NCBI GenBank assembly: GCA_001600815.1
Contig: BCKZ01000044.1
Span: 26,034-65,307, forward strand
From: Alloascoidea hylecoeti
Taxonomy: Eukaryota
Direction: 5' to 3'
Length of the DNA stretch: 39,274 bases
Shown here piece after piece: positions 34,240-39,274 of this stretch. Numbering within the stretch: position 1 is the stretch's first letter; each line of letters starts with the position of its first letter. Below the pieces are notes generated by a model that was not told the origin of the DNA, searched no databases, and saw nothing but the letters and a program-made list of their open reading frames with translations. The position numbers and the translations under genes were made by a program.

Positions 34240-34630
34240 GTACTTTGTTTCCCACTGGAAAAAAAAAAATCATGCCATTTACAATATTACCAAACAAATT
34301 AGAAATCACATTCTATATCCTATCTAATTTTGACATTCTTGACTCCATCTTTCATTGTAGCTAACTCTGGGTGCTTGCTCCTTGGATAAATGTTGAGCTT
34401 GTGCCACACGTATTTCAATGGGATTTATGTTTGGTGAGTTTGCAACCACAATTGTTTCAATTGATTTTCCTCCTGGGTTTTTTATTTTCGGACTTGAGTC
34501 TTATATATCCTGTTAAAAAATACCACCTTCAAGTTTTTGAATAGAAGATGTTTCTACCAGGTGTAATATTTCTTTGATATACACCTCTGAATTAATCTTT
34601 CCCCGAAACCTCTCCGCAGCGGCCGAACAT
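34240..34630 (-). mobile_element. Decayed Tc1/mariner transposase, C-terminal half
   Basis: GKINSEVYIKEIL...GGIF*QD...ANSPNINPIE, a frameshift to YVWHKL...HPELATMK, and a terminal WETKY. These are the FQQD, SPDLNPIE.VW and TKY hallmarks. Confidence 0.85.
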
Positions 34631-35144
34631 TATGTTTTTTTTTATTCATATTGGACTTATTGGTCTTATAACTCATTCATTAATTTATGCTAACATCCTA
34701 AAATTATGCTCTAAAAAATGGTAAGTATAGAGGTGTTCCCATTTATATGATGCTTTATGGGTTCATGGGGTTATCATTTGTTAAAAGATTCAGAACAAGA
34801 TGATTTATAATTTTATAGTTGAATAATTAATGTACCAAATATTATGTATTGAATGGTTAAAGCTAGGTTAGATAGTATTAATACTGATAGTCCCAATATT
34901 TTATCATTAATCGTTTAAAACTTGGATAATGACTATGAAAATTTAAATGATGCTGTTAAATTTAGTTATAAGAGAATGAATTTAAGAATATATGATATAG
35001 ATAGGTAAAACTAGTACATTATAATCATTATGATTAAATATTCAAACTACATAATGATAAATTGAATATTCTTTGAAATCTTAAAAATATATTAATTGTT
35101 AATAAGAAGAATAAATATACTGAAATATATAAATATAGATATAA

Positions 35145-35510
35145 TCAAGCGAATTTGACTCTTTTTCGAGGAACTACAGTTGGCCTTGGTTGTTTGGTAT
35201 TTGAATATAATTATTATTATCGATGTCGACTTCATCATCGCCCATCATCATCACGACCTCTTTTACAGCGAAAGGGCATCTCGATATTTTTATATATATA
35301 CCTGTGTAATAAATTCTTTTTCATCGTTGCAATAGCTTTGTTAATCTTGGAGAATTTCTCTGACCTAGTTTTAAAACTGGTTGGAACATCAACTGCAATA
35401 GATGTAAAATAACAAGAATCATTATAATCAGAATTATTATTAGAATAAAATGAAGCAGACTTTTCAGCTTCAGCTGTGACAGTTTGTTTGGTTGAAGATG
35501 GATGAAACAT
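35145..35510 (-). pseudogene. Small orphan gene (ORF 35510-35235, 91 aa) whose tail appears broken by two compensating frameshifts
   Basis: TATA-rich stretch at about 35590-35607 and ATG at 35510. After the stops the same frame resumes as LYSNTKQPRPTVVPRKRVKFA*, while the skipped part reads GDDEVDIDNNN in the +1 frame. Confidence 0.5.
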
Positions 35511-36780
35511 AATAATAATTCTTATAATATAAGTAGTAGTATAAGAAATATAAAAAGCCACCCATTTTTTAAAATTTAACAGAACTATTTACTATTTATA
35601 ATATATACTCATTTTTGATCAGACAGAGGAGAATTTGGGTTTTTACGGGTTTTGGGAGTCCTTGATTGCCTAATGCCCAGTGGAATACGCTCGATCACAA
35701 GGAAGGAAGTCCGTTATTCGCATAATTCGCCATTTCCACTACTTCACCAATGTTAAGAATAGGTATGGTCCACTAGAAATCTTGATTTGACCATAAAAAT
35801 AATTTTGTTTTTGTATTTCTTCTATGAATATGTGCGAGGTAGTTGTTGCACTCGATTGTAAGGGAACTCTCACCACCCTATATCAAACCTTATTTGAATT
35901 GCAATACATACATGTAGTTCCAGGAAAGAAACACTTTATAAAGACCAGAAGTAATATTTGGTTAGCGGGTCTATTTAACGATTGGGTGTATTGCACAAGC
36001 AAATGGTAGTAATAATGGAAAGGACACAATTTTATGTGATGTACTAGAGCCCCGATATTCAGAAACCTGAAGCCATAACTCAAGTTTAAAAGGAACAAGT
36101 GTCTAACAGCATCATTTTCATAATCATTAATATTGATATCAGGGGTAAGTTTGAGCTGGAAGCTGCAGTTGGAATTGAATATTAAAATGAGACAATCATA
36201 ATAAACAGATCTAAAACCGTTATTTTTACATGTCTTTCAATCTCAAATGTATCCGAGATGGGTCATACATCTAAGGTTATGTCGTAGGCTTCGTAGCTGT
36301 AGTTATAGTGACACGTAAATTGCCGTGTATAATACGGCGTGTAATACTATCGTGTATAAACGAGCGCTAGCACGTAACCATAGATAAATAATAACGTCAT
36401 TTAAACTTACGTATACCCAATATAATTAGATTAATCCGAGATTCTAACAATAATGAGTAGTAAAAAAGAAAGGTCTGTGGTGAGTTATAAGCAACTAATA
36501 CAAATTAATTCTAATACAGACTTGTATGCACAACTGTTTACTTTGACATTTCTAATTATAGTCTATAGTATTAACATTACGGTAGTTAAGTTACAAAGAA
36601 CTATGAAAAGAAAAATCCATTGATTACATTCATAGCTGTATCTGTGGTTCTAGATCTAGAATCTATAATCCAGATCGAAGGTTAATTGCAATAAATTATA
36701 TAAATGAGTTCATTATCCTCTACTTTTTTAATTTCTTCATCAGATTAATATATCAGATAATTCCTCGGAAATCAATAAAA

Positions 36781-37209
36781 ATGAGATTCTCTACTTCAAT
36801 CGCCGCTGCTCTTTCTTTAGCTACTTATGCTTCTGCCTTTGGTCTAATTGCTATTCATTCAGGAAGCGAGGTCCAGTATTCAGCTCTTTCTCTTACATCA
36901 GACTCCTATGATGTTGTTCTTGGAAAAGGTACTGCAATTAATGCTACTCTAACTTCGGATGGAAAGGTTGAAGTTGCTTCAGGAACTTCTTACTACCTTG
37001 ATGTTACTGCTAACAATAAGCTTTCTTATTCTCCAGATGGTGAAGGTAGTTCTATTACTGGTTGGTCTATCGTTAATGACCATTTAACTTTGAATGGTAA
37101 AGAAAACGCAATTGCTTTGAAGAATGATGATGGAAGTTATAATGTTTATTGGTATGAATCCGACGCTCCATCTGGATCTATTGGAATTGCTCTCCGCGTT
37201 GTCGAGTAA
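36781..37209 (+). CDS. Secreted cell-wall protein of the Cwp1/Rhd3(Pga29)/PhiA-like family
   Basis: Signal peptide, FGLIAIHSGSEVQY family motif, strongly biased codons and TATAAA at about 36698. No Ser/Thr stalk or GPI signal. Confidence 0.85.
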   Translation: MRFSTSIAAALSLATYASAFGLIAIHSGSEVQYSALSLTSDSYDVVLGKGTAINATLTSDGKVEVASGTSYYLDVTANNKLSYSPDGEGSSITGWSIVNDHLTLNGKENAIALKNDDGSYNVYWYESDAPSGSIGIALRVVE

Positions 37210-37716
37210 ATTAAAATGAATGATCACGATATATTGAACAATTGCAAGATTGCACTATGTTAATTATGAAGTTATGTATGGTGCTAAATATAAGTTAGTT
37301 TTATGATATTTAAATTTAATGCAATATATGAAAATTCAAAAATAAGTTTCAAGTACAAGTAGTAATGTAATTATTATATAATTGTGAGCTCAAATATACA
37401 TAATGTTACGTATGGAAATAAGTACCAGTGGTTCGTAGAATATTATAATGACATATCTTAGACATTTTGCTTACATTTTACTATGGATTTATATATTACT
37501 TTATAATAAATGGCCAAGTCTGTGTTTTTTATTTATATCAAGCATTGTTATTTACTAGCTATTCTTCGTAGAGTCCTAAATTTATATGCTAGTTTTTGGA
37601 ATTTAAATATGATGATTTGCATTAACATTAAGAAACATCACAGGCATTGATGAGTTAATTCCGATACTTTTTAATGTTTTCTCTATTTTATAACTCTTAA
37701 ATGTTTATAAATATTG

Positions 37717-38151
37717 TCCACACTTTCAAACTGTCCGGATCCTACCATTGCACTTCCAAACGGATCCGCGATAAGCTTATAATTATTTATAATTACGCAG
37801 GACGCAGGTACAAAGTCACTCAAACGCTCGAAAGCCTAAACGGTAACCTACTTTTATTACAAAATAATGACTATTACCAACCGAAAAACAGCAAGAGTAA
37901 TAATCAGATGTATACTAGGCCACGCATAGACTTTTGAATACACCCATAAATATTATAACCACGAAGAAACCCCATGTGAATGTGTGAATGTGGAGACCAA
38001 AAACAAAGGATCCACCACCTCCTCTTTGATTTTGAAACCCACAGCGACCACAGAAGGGAAAGTGGCATTACGAACCACACAACTTATCCATATAGAAGAA
38101 GGCCTCCAATTACTTGCTAAATTCATCACAATTCCAAATATTGAAATATAA
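37717..38151 (+). mobile_element. 3' end of a non-LTR retrotransposon (LINE) ORF2 with C-terminal zinc knuckle, Tad/I-group-like, decayed
   Basis: NRKTARVIIRCILGHA*TFEY...EETPCEC, an 8-nt duplication, GDQKQRIHHLLFD(F)ETHSDHRR, then a shift to LIHIEEGLQLLAKFI. This matches the fungal pattern GHA..EY...C.CG...QT..H.L.DC...HR...GL..LA.FI. Confidence 0.8.
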
Positions 38152-38189
38152 CCAACTAATAGTTTAAGGCAAGATTAGACTTTTAAATG

Positions 38190-38777
38190 ACTGGGTTCCT
38201 TAGTGATTTAAAAGAAATAGATGAAATGGTAATGAATCAATCACAGTTGTAGACAAAAACATCATGAATAAAAATATTATCAATCTGTGGAATACTTCTA
38301 TTACCACTACTGGGGCCGAAAAACGACGAATACAAAGTACTGAAATTGAGACTGAAACTGAAAGAGATCGGAAATCGAAGAAGCGAGCAAAACATCAAAA
38401 AGAATTAAATCCGCTAAAAGACAAATAGGTATGTTCTTCTCTTGTACCAAATATAGCATTCTTTGGTATTTTCTAACCTTCTTCAAGCAGATAAAAAAGT
38501 TAAATATACACCTTCTACAACCCTTAAACTCTCCCAACTAGGCGGTTTGGGTAAAGTTATTAATGAGTCAAAGGAATGTGTTGAGCTCCCGATAGCTCAT
38601 TCTGAAATTTTTATAGAGCTTGGAATTGAACCTGGTCGTGGTGTTTTATTACACGGCCCACCTTGTGAAAAAAAACAACAATTACAAATTCCTTGGCCAA
38701 TGAAATTGGAGTCCCTTTTCTCTCAATTTCTTTTCCTTAAATTGTTTCTGGAATGTCTGGGGAGTCTGAAAAAATAA
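38190..38777 (+). pseudogene. RIX7: Truncated pseudogene of the AAA-ATPase Rix7/NVL, retaining intron 38429-38490
   Basis: MNKNIINLWN; LSQLGG...LPIAHSEIFIELGIEPGRGVLLHGPP-CEK with a broken Walker A; frameshift to ANEIGVPFLSISFP*IVSGMSGESEK. The intron reads GTATGT..TTCTAAC..CAG. Confidence 0.85.
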
Positions 38778-39058
38778 AAATAAATAAAATAAAAGAACTA
38801 TTAAATTTAGCTTATATTAGTTTTTGGTTAAGAAAATGGTAGTTGAACATATCAATTATGTTCCGTCCGGACTCTACAGATCTGACGATATAACTATAAG
38901 TGCCACTTAGTTTTGTTCGCTATTTTGTTATTAATTAACTGTTTTGGCCTATGAAATCTAGGGAGTCGGGACTTTACACATTCAAGGAAGAGGCTCTAGA
39001 AGAAGCTCGGTAGATAATTTGTATTTCGTTCAATTATTATAAGACCTTATATAACTAT

Positions 39059-39256
39059 ATAAAGATGAAGATCTTCCACAAATCAATAAATTTAAATATT
39101 CTTGATGAAGATAAACAAAAGAATCTTCAAATTATATTTATATCGTATGAATCTACCACATTCTGAATATCAAGTTGGTAGAAATTATNTGGAAACTTTA
39201 ATGGATATAAAATTACAAAAAATTCTTCCTCCTCTGACAATAATGAAGAACAACAT
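39059..39256. repeat. Right arm of the long inverted repeat with 1-191
   Basis: See the left arm. The last 18 nt of the window may match sequence just outside the left edge. Confidence 0.95.
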
Positions 39257-39274
39257 GTCATTTCTATCGAATCT

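Noticed and set aside
35824..36009. 61-aa ORF with LFELQYIHVVPGKKH resembling the gypsy RNase H end
   Set aside because: The following AD.LSR motif is missing, leaving a single weak motif.
1..39274. MAT locus genes inside the inverted-repeat-bounded segment
   Set aside because: No alpha-box, HMG or homeodomain sequence was recognised, though small multi-intron genes could be missed by eye.

Overview
This is AT-rich genomic DNA from an intron-bearing budding yeast, most likely an early-diverging Saccharomycotina (short introns with degenerate branch points; eIF3e present). Housekeeping genes are BRF1, LSC2, a DUF3245-like ORF, an Mga1/Sfl2-type HSF-domain factor, BRE2, NSE1, YIP1, POL31, eIF3e and a small Cwp1/Rhd3-type wall protein. 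A 13-kb gene-free tract (about 12.5-25.6 kb) is the best candidate for something special. It abuts BRE2, NSE1 and POL31, whose S. cerevisiae orthologues flank the sister centromeres CEN12 and CEN10, so I propose a regional centromere (inference, untested). The tract holds a decayed Tc1/mariner transposase, two diverged copies of a degenerate ~22-bp repeat array and chains of short palindromes. The window is bracketed by a diverged inverted repeat of at least 190 bp. The right end is a mosaic of Tc1 relics, the 3' end of a Tad-like LINE and an intron-retaining RIX7 pseudogene fragment. Promoter motifs include an isolated Pol III B-box upstream of BRF1 and a Rap1-like 14-mer at near-fixed spacing before three genes. 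All homology calls come from motif recognition by eye; no searches were run.
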